A stretch of DNA of 50,494 nucleotides from Candidatus Eiseniibacteriota bacterium (GCA_031364845.1 JANLWX010000058.1:1-50494), one strand, 5' to 3'. Counted from the stretch's first letter, positions 22,611 to 32,278 are shown. Made by a program: numbers and translations. Notes: generated by a model from the sequence alone, not told the origin.

Positions 22611-22621
22611 GGAGGGCAGCC

Positions 22622-23809
22622 ATGCGGATCGCATACTTCGATTGTTTCTCCGGTGTGAGCGGCGACATGTGTCTCGGTGCTCTGATCGGTGCCGGGGCTC
22701 CGGCCGACCGGCTCGTCGATCTGCCGCGTCGGCTCGGGCTCGAGGGCGTGCGCGTGACGATCGGCACCGCGCGGCGCGGGCCGTTCGCGGCCACCCGCGT
22801 CGAGGTCGCGATCGACGACGCGAAGCAGCCGCACCGGCACCTCAAGCACATCGTCGCGATCCTTGATGGGGCCGATCTCGACGAAGCGGTTCGTGCCCGG
22901 GCGCACGCGGTGTTCCAGCGGCTCGCCGCGGCGGAGGCCGAAGTGCATGGCCAGACGCTCGAGAAGGTCCACTTCCATGAAGTGGGCGCGGCGGACGCGC
23001 TGGTCGACATCGTCGGAACGATCGAGTGCCTCGCGGCTCTCGAAGTCGAGCGCGTCTACTCGACCACGCTGCGTCTCGGCCGCGGCTCGGTGAACTCGGA
23101 GCACGGGCGCATTCCGGTGCCGGCGCCGGCGACCGCACTGCTGTTGCGCGGTGTGCCGGTCGAGATTCCCGAGGTCGACTTCGAGCTGGTCACCCCCACC
23201 GGCGCGGCATTGCTCGCCACGCTGGTCGAGTCGTGGGTCGCCCCTCCGCCGTTCCGGCTCGACGTCATCGGCACCGGCGCCGGCGGCCGCGATCTCCAGC
23301 AGCAGGCGAACGTTCTGCGGGTCCTGATCGGCGAAGTTGCAGCGGCGCCGCTCGCGCGCGGGCGCGTGACCGTGATCGAAAGCGCGATCGACGACGAGAA
23401 TCCGCAGACTCTGGCGGCTCTGGTGCCGAAACTGCTCGCCGCGGGCGCCCACGATGCGATGCTGGTCCCGGTCGTGATGAAGAAGGGACGCCTCGGCACG
23501 TGGCTGGTCGTGATCGCCCCGCCCGAGAACGGCGAGATCCTCGCGCGTCTCGTGCTGTCCGAAACTTCGACGCTCGGAGTCCGCATGCGGCAGGAGGAAC
23601 GGATCGAGCTGGAACGTCGCGCCGTCGAGGTGGCGACCCAGTTCGGGCCGGTCGCGCTCAAGCTCGCGACGCTGCCGGGGGGTACTGAGCGCGCAATGCC
23701 CGAGTTCGAGTCCGTGCGCGCGGCCGCTGAACAGAACGGACGCAGCTGGCGCGAGGTCGCCGAAGCGGCATTGGCGGCGTGGGGAACCGGACGTGACGGC
23801 AAAGCATGA
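22622..23809 (+). CDS. larC: Nickel-pincer cofactor nickel insertase
   Basis: YFDCFSGVSGDM, AEAEVHG, VHFHEVGA.DA.VDI, HG.IPVPAPAT, ELVTPTGAA, MKKGR, ETSTLGVR, PEFE. Confidence 0.94.
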   Translation: MRIAYFDCFSGVSGDMCLGALIGAGAPADRLVDLPRRLGLEGVRVTIGTARRGPFAATRVEVAIDDAKQPHRHLKHIVAILDGADLDEAVRARAHAVFQRLAAAEAEVHGQTLEKVHFHEVGAADALVDIVGTIECLAALEVERVYSTTLRLGRGSVNSEHGRIPVPAPATALLLRGVPVEIPEVDFELVTPTGAALLATLVESWVAPPPFRLDVIGTGAGGRDLQQQANVLRVLIGEVAAAPLARGRVTVIESAIDDENPQTLAALVPKLLAAGAHDAMLVPVVMKKGRLGTWLVVIAPPENGEILARLVLSETSTLGVRMRQEERIELERRAVEVATQFGPVALKLATLPGGTERAMPEFESVRAAAEQNGRSWREVAEAALAAWGTGRDGKA

Positions 23810-25175
23810 GGCCGCCGAAGTTCCGGTGATCGCGGCGTCTAACTTCTCCGCGGCACCTCCGGGAGTGAAGCGTCCGGCGGTGCAGGGCGTGTCGTTCACG
23901 CTCGGTCGCGGCGAGTGGATCGCGATCATGGGCAAGAACGGCTCGGGCAAGTCGACGCTCGCGCTGGCGCTGGCCGGACTGTGGCCTGCGATCGAAGGGG
24001 AACGCACGGGACTCGCCGCCATCGGCAAGGCGCGAACCGTGACCATCCTCCAGGAGCCCGCGACTCAGATCACGCAGCGCACCGTTCGGGAGGAGATCGC
24101 CTTCACGGCGCTCAATCTCGGGCTCGGCGAGGCGGTCGCCGATGCCGCAGCCCTCGTATGGGCGGAGCGTCTGGGATTGGCGCACGTGCTCGAGCGGGCG
24201 CCGGACGAGTTGTCCGCCGGCCAGCAGCAGCGCGTCCTGATCGCAGCCGCACTCGCGGCAGCACCGGACCTCATGATCGCCGATGAGGCCGCGGCCCACC
24301 TCGACGCTGAATCCCGCCGCAAGGTGCTCGCCATCCTGCGCGAGCGCATCGAGGCGGGGCTCGCGTTGATCTGGGTGACGCAGGATCTCGACGAGGCGCT
24401 GAGTGCCGACCGCTGGTTCGAGCTCGGCCCCGATGGCCTCATTATTGAAGGGCGACCACTCCCGCAGGAGGGGGCGCCGGTGCCCGTCCGCGTCGGCGAC
24501 GTCGCCGCGTCCGGGCGCGGACCTGCGCGCGTAACCGTTCGGATCGATCCGAAATCCGGCGGAAGGATCTCGGTCGCGGGCCCGGTTCGGATCGACATCG
24601 GCGATCGCGGCGTGTGGGCGATCGCCGGGCCGAATGGGACCGGAAAGACCTCCGTGCTCGAGGCGCTGGCGGGAATGGAACCGATTCGCGAAGTGGAAAT
24701 TAGGTGGCGCGAGACGTTTCCGAACGGGCCCATATTCGCCGGGCAGTTCCCGGAGCGGCAGATCTTCGAAGAGCGCGTGCGCGCCGAAGTGGGTTTCGCC
24801 GCCATGCGCCGTGGCGTTGCCGCGGAGGAGGTCGAGCGCCGGATGCGCGAGATGTTTGGTGAGCTCGAACTGGCGGCGGACTTCCCCGACCGAAGAACCT
24901 GGGAACTCTCGACCGGTGAGAAGCGGCTGGTCTCGATCGTGGCGACTTTGCTCGCGCCCACGAGCCTGTTGCTGCTCGATGAGCCGACTTGTGGCCTCGA
25001 TCCGGCCCGGTCGCAGACGATCGCGGGCTGGGTGCGTGCCTTTTCCGAGCGCGGTCCGGTCGTGATCGCGACTCAGGATCGAGCTTGGATCGGTCATGTG
25101 CGGGCGATCGAAGTTCCACTGGGGATGCGCGATGGACGGTTTGAGACGGTTTTGATCAAGGACGCCAACTCTTAG
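23793..25175 (+). CDS. Tandem (duplicated) ABC ATPase, ECF/CbiO-like
   Basis: Two NBDs: GKNGSGKS..LQEP..TVREEIAF..LSAGQQQR..IADE and GPNGTGKT..QFPERQIF..LSTGEKR..LLDEPTCGLD. Confidence 0.8.
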   Translation: MTAKHEAAEVPVIAASNFSAAPPGVKRPAVQGVSFTLGRGEWIAIMGKNGSGKSTLALALAGLWPAIEGERTGLAAIGKARTVTILQEPATQITQRTVREEIAFTALNLGLGEAVADAAALVWAERLGLAHVLERAPDELSAGQQQRVLIAAALAAAPDLMIADEAAAHLDAESRRKVLAILRERIEAGLALIWVTQDLDEALSADRWFELGPDGLIIEGRPLPQEGAPVPVRVGDVAASGRGPARVTVRIDPKSGGRISVAGPVRIDIGDRGVWAIAGPNGTGKTSVLEALAGMEPIREVEIRWRETFPNGPIFAGQFPERQIFEERVRAEVGFAAMRRGVAAEEVERRMREMFGELELAADFPDRRTWELSTGEKRLVSIVATLLAPTSLLLLDEPTCGLDPARSQTIAGWVRAFSERGPVVIATQDRAWIGHVRAIEVPLGMRDGRFETVLIKDANS

Positions 25176-25187
25176 CAAAAAAACGGA

Positions 25188-25217
25188 TTGACACAACCCT
25201 GTAACAAAGCCTAGCCT
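25188..25217 (+). promoter_or_regulatory. Putative strong sigma70 promoter for the large secreted protein
   Basis: A-tract (UP-like), then TTGACA-N18-TAGCCT, about 350 nt upstream of ATG 25571. Confidence 0.65.
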
Positions 25218-25236
25218 TTGCGTTGCTGGGTACACG

Positions 25237-25553
25237 GTGCTCCTCTTTAAAAACCCCTAGGAGCACTTCAACGACCGCGGTCCCTGGAAGCCTTCTACAA
25301 AGCTTTCAACGGCAGTCATCAGTCATCGGACTGTCGATTCGCAAAGACAGCGCAAATATTCGAGTGTCGATTTCCCGTCCGAATTGCCTAAGGACGCGGG
25401 TTCGACAGCGGAAAGGGGGGATGAGCACCGCGCAGCCAGGTCGTCGACGCCCTCGCTCCTGAGTGCCGTTGGACGGCCGCATCTTTTCTGGCGATACCTC
25501 GCTCGCAATCTCTCGTTACTGGAAGTCACTTCGCATTGCCCATGCAATTGCGA
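25237..25553 (+). other. Long structured 5' leader (candidate cis-regulatory RNA)
   Basis: Hairpin 25237-25266. Long-range helix 25305-25318/25460-25473 enclosing three inner stems. Hairpin 25531-25553 just before the GGAGGT RBS. Confidence 0.5.
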
Positions 25554-25570
25554 CGATGGAGGTAATTATT

Positions 25571-28500
25571 ATGAGGAAATCGCTCGTATCGCTGTTGCTT
25601 GCTGTTGGAGCAACCGCTTTCGTGGCGAACATGGCGCTGGCCTCTCCGGATGATGGCGATGTCGTGAACCCCAAGCTCATGAACGCCAACATGTCCAAGG
25701 AATTGCAGTCACGCGCGACCCGGCTCGGTTCGTCGGCCACCACGGTGGACACGACGTACATCGGATACACGCCCGGGAAGCAGAGCGCGAGCAATTACTG
25801 GTCGATCTGGTCAGGCAGCGACAAGTTCTCTGTCCCCACCGGTCCTTACCATCGCCCGCCGGCACAGGGTGCGATGTGGGACTTCGACGGTCCCTACATC
25901 AACGGTGACTCGCTGCAGGGCTGGTGGTCGGTTCGCAGTGATTACACCACCTCGCGCGGAACGCTCCCCGACTACAATCGTCCGTGGCGAGCGCTCGATT
26001 ACGGCAACGACGTCAACTACTCCTTCGGCGCCGGTCGCACCTACGGCGTTGTCGGTATGTGGCACGTTGACGGCGGAAACACGGTTGCAGCCCCGGGATC
26101 CACCACGTGGACCGGCGAGCCTGCGGGCTCGGGTGGTGTGAAGTGGGCTCCGCTGACCGGATCTGCCTCGGCGTGGATGGGTATGCGCCGTCACGGTGAC
26201 AACACGCACGTCGATGACGTCGCGCGTGGTGGAACCGGCAATCCGTACAACGAAGATGCCCATGTGTACCAGCCCGGATTTGCCTCCACGGCCACCGGCG
26301 GTAGTGACAAGAAGTTCCCTGGCTACGCTGCGGCGATGGACCAGATGCTGTACCGCGACATCGACCTGTCGGGAGCCGGTGATTCGACACTGACGGTGTC
26401 GTTCCAGTACCGGACCTCCATGTCGACCGGTTTCAGCACCAACAACGCGACCCGGACCGGCTGGTTCGTCCACGATCCGCTCACCGTGATCACGGGCGGC
26501 TCGAATCCGAACTTCGTCTCGGCCACCGGCCCGACGCCGACTATCGACTCGCTGATGGTGTATGTGGGCGCGCCGGCGGAAGGTTCCGTGCTTCTGTCGG
26601 ACGGTGCCTCGCACACGATCTACGACGCCAAGCGTCGTTGGTTCGGTGAAGTCATCCGCTCGAACGAGGGTCTGTACAAGCAGATCCACGGTTCGGCGGG
26701 GACGGCCACGTCCAGGTCCACCGTGACGATCCCGTCTTCGGTGCTCGGTCCGCTCAAGGCGGCGGGTGCCAACAAGGTTCGTCTCGTGTTCCGCGTCAAG
26801 ACCAACACGGTGTTCGACGATGCCAGCTTCTTCGCGCTTGCCTATACCTCGGGTGGCGTCGGTGCTGCGATCATTGACTCGGTGGCCGTTGCCAAGGGTG
26901 CTGCCGCGTTGTCCGTGATCGGTGCGTTCGAAACGGCTGCCACGATCGACAACCGTACGAGCGTGACGGCGTTGACCGCCTGGAAGTCCACGGGCAAGCC
27001 GGCTCAGACGTTCTTCCACCCGCACTTCCTGAGCAACGGCGGTCCGTCGGTGGATGGTCTTCTCTATCAGGATCTCTGCGGTCAGGTCGGCAACCCGGCA
27101 CGTATCTGCGACATGAAGGGTGTCGTGGTATCGGCCGGCGATCATGACAACGACGAGCGCTCGGGTGACCTCAAGGGCACGCCCAACCAGGAAATCTTCG
27201 GCGGTATGTGGTCGCCGGTGATCCAGCTGGCTGCGGGCGGCACAGCGAACTCGCAGGGCCTGACGGCGTCGACCGCGGATGCGACCGACGACTATTACAT
27301 CGACTACGACATGTACACCGGTATCTTCAACTACCAGAGCACCGGTGTGGCGTGGCGGTTTGGATTCAGGTCGTATCCCGGATCGAACTCGGCGACGGGT
27401 GTCGGTGAGCATGCGCGGTGGGGCGAGAACCGCTTCCCGCCGTTCATCTTCTTCAACCCGGACAAGCAGTGCTTCCGCGATCTCGAGCCGGTCAAGGGCT
27501 ACGCGATGCTGCGGACGAACTCGCCGGACGGCATTCCCGATTCCTGCCAGATCTATCTCGGCACGCGTCAGGAGTCCTACCGGTTCCCGGCCATCATCAA
27601 GTCGGACTGGACCGACGGTGCGTACTTCGACAACGTGTCTCTCGACGTGGTCGACGGCGCCGGTGCGGATCCCGTCACGATGAGCATCTGGGACCTCTTC
27701 AACGACACGTTCCCGGCCAACGAAAACTCTGGTCTGGTCGGTACGCCTGCTTCGTTCGACACGACGGTTGCTCTGGTCCGGATCGGTCTCAACACCGCTC
27801 CCGCCACGGTCAACCTGTTCCGTTTCGACGTCCCGGGTGACACGGCTCTCGTGTCGGCTGAAGGCGACAGTGTCCGCCTGGACATGGTCTTCCGGATTCT
27901 TCCGGGACCGGGCAACTACGTGAACGCCGCTGTGGGCGTCAACTCGCAGCTGCGCGCCGTCGCGAACAACGCGGCACCGATTCCGGCGCCGGCATCGGGT
28001 GTCACGAACTTCTGGTCGAACTACATGTTCAGCAACGGTGCCAAGGGCTCAGCGGGCGGACACCCGACCGCCACCAGTGGTCCGTTGAATGGTCAGAAGA
28101 TCTGGAGCCCGAACGTCTGGAACAGTGCGCGCATGGACACGGCGCAGCGCAATGTGTTCCAGCTGCAGAAGCGTGGCGTGCTCGAGCCCGGAAACGGTGG
28201 CTTGTTCATGACCGCGTATCACGAGAACGAGCTCAACGACGCTCACCGCGGCGCGCTCGGCATCTCGCGCAACATCTGCTTCGTCGCGGACACGGCGACG
28301 GCGACCCCCACCACCACGATCATCTGCGGCAAGGGCAACGTACCCGCGGGCGTCGTTTACCCGCCGGTGTGGACCTCTGCGCCGGGTAGCGGATACAACG
28401 GTCAGACGACGACGAAGGAAGGCACGAAGATCATTCCGGACGGTCTGCTGACGCCGGGTGCTCACGTCGAGTACTTCTTCCGCCGTCAGGACGGCAACGA

Positions 28501-29956
28501 TCCGCTCGTGTACCTTGCGCCGGATACGAATGTCGTCACGCCGCAGAACTCGGAAAGCTCCACCGACGGACACCGCTGGCAGGAGTTCGGTGTTCTGCCC
28601 GATCGTTGGAAGTCCGGTGCGTACACGCATCCTGTGCTCGGAACCATCGGCGCCGGCGACGCGTGCATGCTGTATGTCGATCAGAACGACCGTCGTGGAA
28701 ACGAGCGTACCTGGGTGGGTGTGGCCGACTCGATCGGCGCGACCGCTTCATCCAAGTACGGCGCCCACAATGGCTGGCATGCTCCGGGCGACGGAGACGT
28801 CAACGATCCGGCGTTCTTCGTTCGTCGCCACATCGGCCAGCCTGGCACGACGTGGGACATGTACGGAGTCAAGGCGGCTGAGTCGACCAACACGGGAGCC
28901 GGCAGCCTCGGTAGCCGTGGTGGTGTCTCGGCACTGTCGTTCAGCGATCCTTCGAACACGCAGATCGATCCGAAGTCGAATCGACTGGGTCCGTCAGAGG
29001 CGATGCTGAATGCCTACTACAAGATCCTGCTCGTGCTCACCGGTGACCTGAACTCGGGCATCTTCGGGCCGGACACCGACAAGTCGCAGGATGACTACCG
29101 GATCATGCAGAACTTCCTCCAGTCCGGAAACACGCTGTCGCCCGACCGTGGAATCTTCATGGAAGGCGATGGACTGGTCGAGGCGATGGATGCTTCGAAC
29201 GAAGGCTTCACGTTCATGACCACCTTCCTCGGCGTCGAGCTGCGCAATGTCAGCTACCTCATCGAGTCGGGCAACACCGCCTTCAGCGCGGACATCATCT
29301 CGACGACCAACATCGAGGGACCTGGACCGACGGACATCTACGGCGTGCGCAATGCCTGCACGTTCACGTTGGACGTTTACAATCAGTCTCCGGGTCTGTC
29401 CACTGAGACGGCAGCATCCACGTTCTACGAGCCGTTCGGCATCGGTTCGCCGTACATCTCGGGCGTGCTGCACAATCACACTGCTACGAATCCGTGGATC
29501 TCGCTGGTGGACGGTTGGGACATCGAAGTGCTGCGCTCCCGTGACGAGGTTTCGTCGCGCGGTCGTCTCACGTACTTCTACAATGTCTTCAACAACATCT
29601 TCAGCGCGATCTGTGACGTGAATGGTGCTGCTGGCATCACGACCGACACGCCGCGGAACAACGATGGACGTCTGTACAACTTCATGAGCCTCGCCAACAA
29701 CCCGCTGAAGAGCGGATCGGCCACGATCAACTTCGGAATCGCGAAGGCTGAGCGTGTCAAGATCCAGATCTTCGACGTGAGCGGACGTCTCGTCCGCACG
29801 CTGGCCGACCGTGGATTCACGGCTGGCGAGCACAAGCTCACGTGGGATGGCGCGGACAACTCGGGCCGTCTGTCGGCTCGTGGCGTGTACTTCGTCCGCT
29901 CGCAGTACGCGGACAGCAAGTTCACGGGTCAGTCCAAGCTGATCGTCCTGAAGTAG
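25571..29956 (+). CDS. Large (1461 aa) secreted protein with C-terminal FlgD-Ig/T9SS-type sorting domain
   Basis: GGAGGT RBS. Signal peptide MRKSLVSLLLAVGATAFVANMALA. G/S/T/N-rich body. CTD NNP..IFDVSGRLVRTL..WDG.DNSG..GVYFVR..KLIVLK. Confidence 0.85.
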   Translation: MRKSLVSLLLAVGATAFVANMALASPDDGDVVNPKLMNANMSKELQSRATRLGSSATTVDTTYIGYTPGKQSASNYWSIWSGSDKFSVPTGPYHRPPAQGAMWDFDGPYINGDSLQGWWSVRSDYTTSRGTLPDYNRPWRALDYGNDVNYSFGAGRTYGVVGMWHVDGGNTVAAPGSTTWTGEPAGSGGVKWAPLTGSASAWMGMRRHGDNTHVDDVARGGTGNPYNEDAHVYQPGFASTATGGSDKKFPGYAAAMDQMLYRDIDLSGAGDSTLTVSFQYRTSMSTGFSTNNATRTGWFVHDPLTVITGGSNPNFVSATGPTPTIDSLMVYVGAPAEGSVLLSDGASHTIYDAKRRWFGEVIRSNEGLYKQIHGSAGTATSRSTVTIPSSVLGPLKAAGANKVRLVFRVKTNTVFDDASFFALAYTSGGVGAAIIDSVAVAKGAAALSVIGAFETAATIDNRTSVTALTAWKSTGKPAQTFFHPHFLSNGGPSVDGLLYQDLCGQVGNPARICDMKGVVVSAGDHDNDERSGDLKGTPNQEIFGGMWSPVIQLAAGGTANSQGLTASTADATDDYYIDYDMYTGIFNYQSTGVAWRFGFRSYPGSNSATGVGEHARWGENRFPPFIFFNPDKQCFRDLEPVKGYAMLRTNSPDGIPDSCQIYLGTRQESYRFPAIIKSDWTDGAYFDNVSLDVVDGAGADPVTMSIWDLFNDTFPANENSGLVGTPASFDTTVALVRIGLNTAPATVNLFRFDVPGDTALVSAEGDSVRLDMVFRILPGPGNYVNAAVGVNSQLRAVANNAAPIPAPASGVTNFWSNYMFSNGAKGSAGGHPTATSGPLNGQKIWSPNVWNSARMDTAQRNVFQLQKRGVLEPGNGGLFMTAYHENELNDAHRGALGISRNICFVADTATATPTTTIICGKGNVPAGVVYPPVWTSAPGSGYNGQTTTKEGTKIIPDGLLTPGAHVEYFFRRQDGNDPLVYLAPDTNVVTPQNSESSTDGHRWQEFGVLPDRWKSGAYTHPVLGTIGAGDACMLYVDQNDRRGNERTWVGVADSIGATASSKYGAHNGWHAPGDGDVNDPAFFVRRHIGQPGTTWDMYGVKAAESTNTGAGSLGSRGGVSALSFSDPSNTQIDPKSNRLGPSEAMLNAYYKILLVLTGDLNSGIFGPDTDKSQDDYRIMQNFLQSGNTLSPDRGIFMEGDGLVEAMDASNEGFTFMTTFLGVELRNVSYLIESGNTAFSADIISTTNIEGPGPTDIYGVRNACTFTLDVYNQSPGLSTETAASTFYEPFGIGSPYISGVLHNHTATNPWISLVDGWDIEVLRSRDEVSSRGRLTYFYNVFNNIFSAICDVNGAAGITTDTPRNNDGRLYNFMSLANNPLKSGSATINFGIAKAERVKIQIFDVSGRLVRTLADRGFTAGEHKLTWDGADNSGRLSARGVYFVRSQYADSKFTGQSKLIVLK

Positions 29957-29979
29957 TCAGACCGCAGTACCGCAACAAT

Positions 29980-30020
29980 CGCCGGAGGGCGGGACCTAAA
30001 GTCCCGCCCTTCGGCGTTTT
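29980..30020 (+). terminator. Intrinsic terminator
   Basis: CGCCGGAGGGCGGGAC-ctaaa-GTCCCGCCCTTCGGCG followed by TTTT. Confidence 0.85.
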
Positions 30021-30149
30021 CGTGAGCTCGATCGGAGTCTCGAACTGTGTCAAAGGCGCTGTTCTCGCCATTTCCGTGGCGGCAACCGAGTTGAGCATGT
30101 CATCCGCTTCGATCGAGCCAACTTCTGCGATTGCCGTGGCTTTTGCCGC

Positions 30150-30178
30150 TTGACGCCCTGTGTAGCCCTTGCTAAGTT
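30150..30178 (+). promoter_or_regulatory. Putative sigma70 promoter for the lipoprotein operon
   Basis: TTGACG-N17-TAAGTT with extended -10 TG. Confidence 0.6.
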
Positions 30179-30223
30179 CTGCGTACTTCCCTTCTAAATG
30201 ACTGGGCGTTCTGGGGGGCGTGA

Positions 30224-32278
30224 ATGCGCTTTCGTGCTGGACTCATTTTGTTCATTTTTGCCCTGCTCGCCGCAGTGGGATGCCGGAAACCCCTCTCACC
30301 GAACGTCGATCGCAACGAACCGCCCGAAACATGGATCTCGTCGGCCCCTCAAGACACAATCACCGAGAGAGATGAAAACGGTGTCGTGATCCTTCCCAGG
30401 GTGGGAACGATCCCGGTGCGCTTTCACCTTTATTGGGCGGGCTCCGACGACGACGGCGCGATCGCGGGCTTCTACTATGCGGTGGTCGAGACCATTCCGG
30501 TTCCGCCTCCCGGTCTGAGCCTGCCGGCGCTTCCGGGCCCCAAGCCGCAGGACTACCGCTTCACAAGCAAGACCGACACGACCTTCATCTTCACCGTGTC
30601 CGAGTTCCGTCCCGACCGGCAGCACGCGTTCTTCATCTACGCCGTCGACGACAAGGGCAAGGCCGATCCGACTCCCGCGCGCTTCATCTTCAGCGCGCTC
30701 GATCGATTCCCGCCGGATCCCTACATCTACCTGGCCCGCGCGGTCGGGCCGATCTATCGGATGCTCGCGGACCGCTCGATCTTCGTGAAGGACACCACCA
30801 TCTTCGTCACCGACTCGCTCTCGTCGCTCACGCGTGGGCGCGCGCCGCTCGATACGGTGCCCGCCGCCGCCGAGTTGACGTTCGAATGGCGTGGCGAGCC
30901 GACCATCGTCGGCACCTACGTGACCGGGTACAAGTACAAGCTGGACGACCCCGACTTCATCTCGCTCCCGGCGACCGAGAATCGCAAAGTGTTTTCGCTC
31001 GGCTCCGTCGCGCCCGGGGTGAAGGTGTTCACGCTCAAGGTGCTGGACCAGGCGGGCGGCGCCAGTGAAAACAATCGACGCTTCCAGATGAACTTCGCTC
31101 CGGACAGTTGGTTCGCCGGCCCCGACCCCAACCGGGTGGCCCGCGATCCCATCACCGGCGAGCGCATCATTCGCGTAACCACATGGAGCAAGAACGCGCT
31201 GCGGGCGATTCCCGAACTCGCGGGGACATTGTTCAGCTCCGATTCGCTGACCCAGATGCCGGCCGAGCGCACCCAGCGCAAGACGTTCTACGAGATCTAC
31301 CGCGACCGGATCTACGTCCGGAGCGAAGGCGACACGGTGAACATGAACTCGTGGGTCGTGTTCCATGCGGGTGGCTCGGACCTGGACTCGCCTTACGATG
31401 TCGCGGTGCAGACCAACGAGCCCGCGCTGGCCGACACCGAGGCCGTGGTCGGCCAGGCCGTGGTCATCCGGCCCGGACCGCCCAACGGTTCCCCGATCGG
31501 ATTTCAGTATTCCTATTCGAGTGAATCGACCCCGTTCAAGAGCCTTGCGTCCCGGCCGCTTTCCGGCCTGTTTCCGGTGTTCGACGGGGCGCGCGTCGAT
31601 CGGTCTCCGGCGATCGCGGCCTACGTTCCCGCGGTCACGGCCGGCCAGGTCTTCATCTCGATGAAGTCGGTCGACGGCCACGGCTTGGGTGACAAGCGCG
31701 TTCCCGATGCGCGCAGATTGATCCAGAGTGACCCGAACGGGACCAATCCTCTCCGCTCGCGCGCGATCACGTTCTTCGTCGACAAGCCGCCGCGGTTCGA
31801 TTTCAACCGGGAGGGCTTCGTGCCGCGGCCGGACACGCTGCTGCCGCGTCGCGCCGGCATCCAGTTCCGTCTGTTCGCGCGAGACGACGATCCCTATGAT
31901 CTCGATCCTGCCTACCGGCCCGAGGGGCCGGGGGGACCTTCATCCACCGTCGTCTTGCGCTGGACCGTGTCGCTGCGCGGCAAGAACGCCGCCGGAAACG
32001 ACACGACGATTGTTCCGCCGGGTGGGTTCCAGATGAGCGTGCCCGACCTTCAATTCAACATGCCGGATGCCATCGTCAGCGAGGATGTCTACGCCGAGAT
32101 CGAACTCTGCGACTGCGCCGATTGCGAAGTCTCGCAAGGCACGGGCCGGTGCGTGTATCAGACGATCCACTTCCGAGTGCCGCCGGTGGCGTCGTCGCGT
32201 CCTTCCAATGCTTCGAATTCCGCGTTTCAAGGTCCACGACCGGGGCCAGATACGACTACGGGCAGGAGTAAGCCGTGA
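30224..32278 (+). CDS. Lipoprotein with repeated Ig/FnIII-like beta-sandwich modules
   Basis: Lipobox LLAAVG-C. Modules NEPPETWI..W.GSDDDG..GFYY..FFIYAVDDKG.ADPTPA and W.G..GYKYKLD..FTLKVLDQAG. C-terminal CDCADC..C. Confidence 0.75.
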   Translation: MRFRAGLILFIFALLAAVGCRKPLSPNVDRNEPPETWISSAPQDTITERDENGVVILPRVGTIPVRFHLYWAGSDDDGAIAGFYYAVVETIPVPPPGLSLPALPGPKPQDYRFTSKTDTTFIFTVSEFRPDRQHAFFIYAVDDKGKADPTPARFIFSALDRFPPDPYIYLARAVGPIYRMLADRSIFVKDTTIFVTDSLSSLTRGRAPLDTVPAAAELTFEWRGEPTIVGTYVTGYKYKLDDPDFISLPATENRKVFSLGSVAPGVKVFTLKVLDQAGGASENNRRFQMNFAPDSWFAGPDPNRVARDPITGERIIRVTTWSKNALRAIPELAGTLFSSDSLTQMPAERTQRKTFYEIYRDRIYVRSEGDTVNMNSWVVFHAGGSDLDSPYDVAVQTNEPALADTEAVVGQAVVIRPGPPNGSPIGFQYSYSSESTPFKSLASRPLSGLFPVFDGARVDRSPAIAAYVPAVTAGQVFISMKSVDGHGLGDKRVPDARRLIQSDPNGTNPLRSRAITFFVDKPPRFDFNREGFVPRPDTLLPRRAGIQFRLFARDDDPYDLDPAYRPEGPGGPSSTVVLRWTVSLRGKNAAGNDTTIVPPGGFQMSVPDLQFNMPDAIVSEDVYAEIELCDCADCEVSQGTGRCVYQTIHFRVPPVASSRPSNASNSAFQGPRPGPDTTTGRSKP

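Noticed and set aside
22552..22866. 104-aa ORF spanning the larB-larC palindrome
   Set aside because: It overlaps larC out of frame and has no recognisable motif or RBS.
25325..25415. Canonical c-di-GMP-I riboswitch call
   Set aside because: Only short words match. The GGCAAAC-stem-GNRA P2 and the tetraloop-receptor arrangement are not seen. Kept as an unclassified structured leader.
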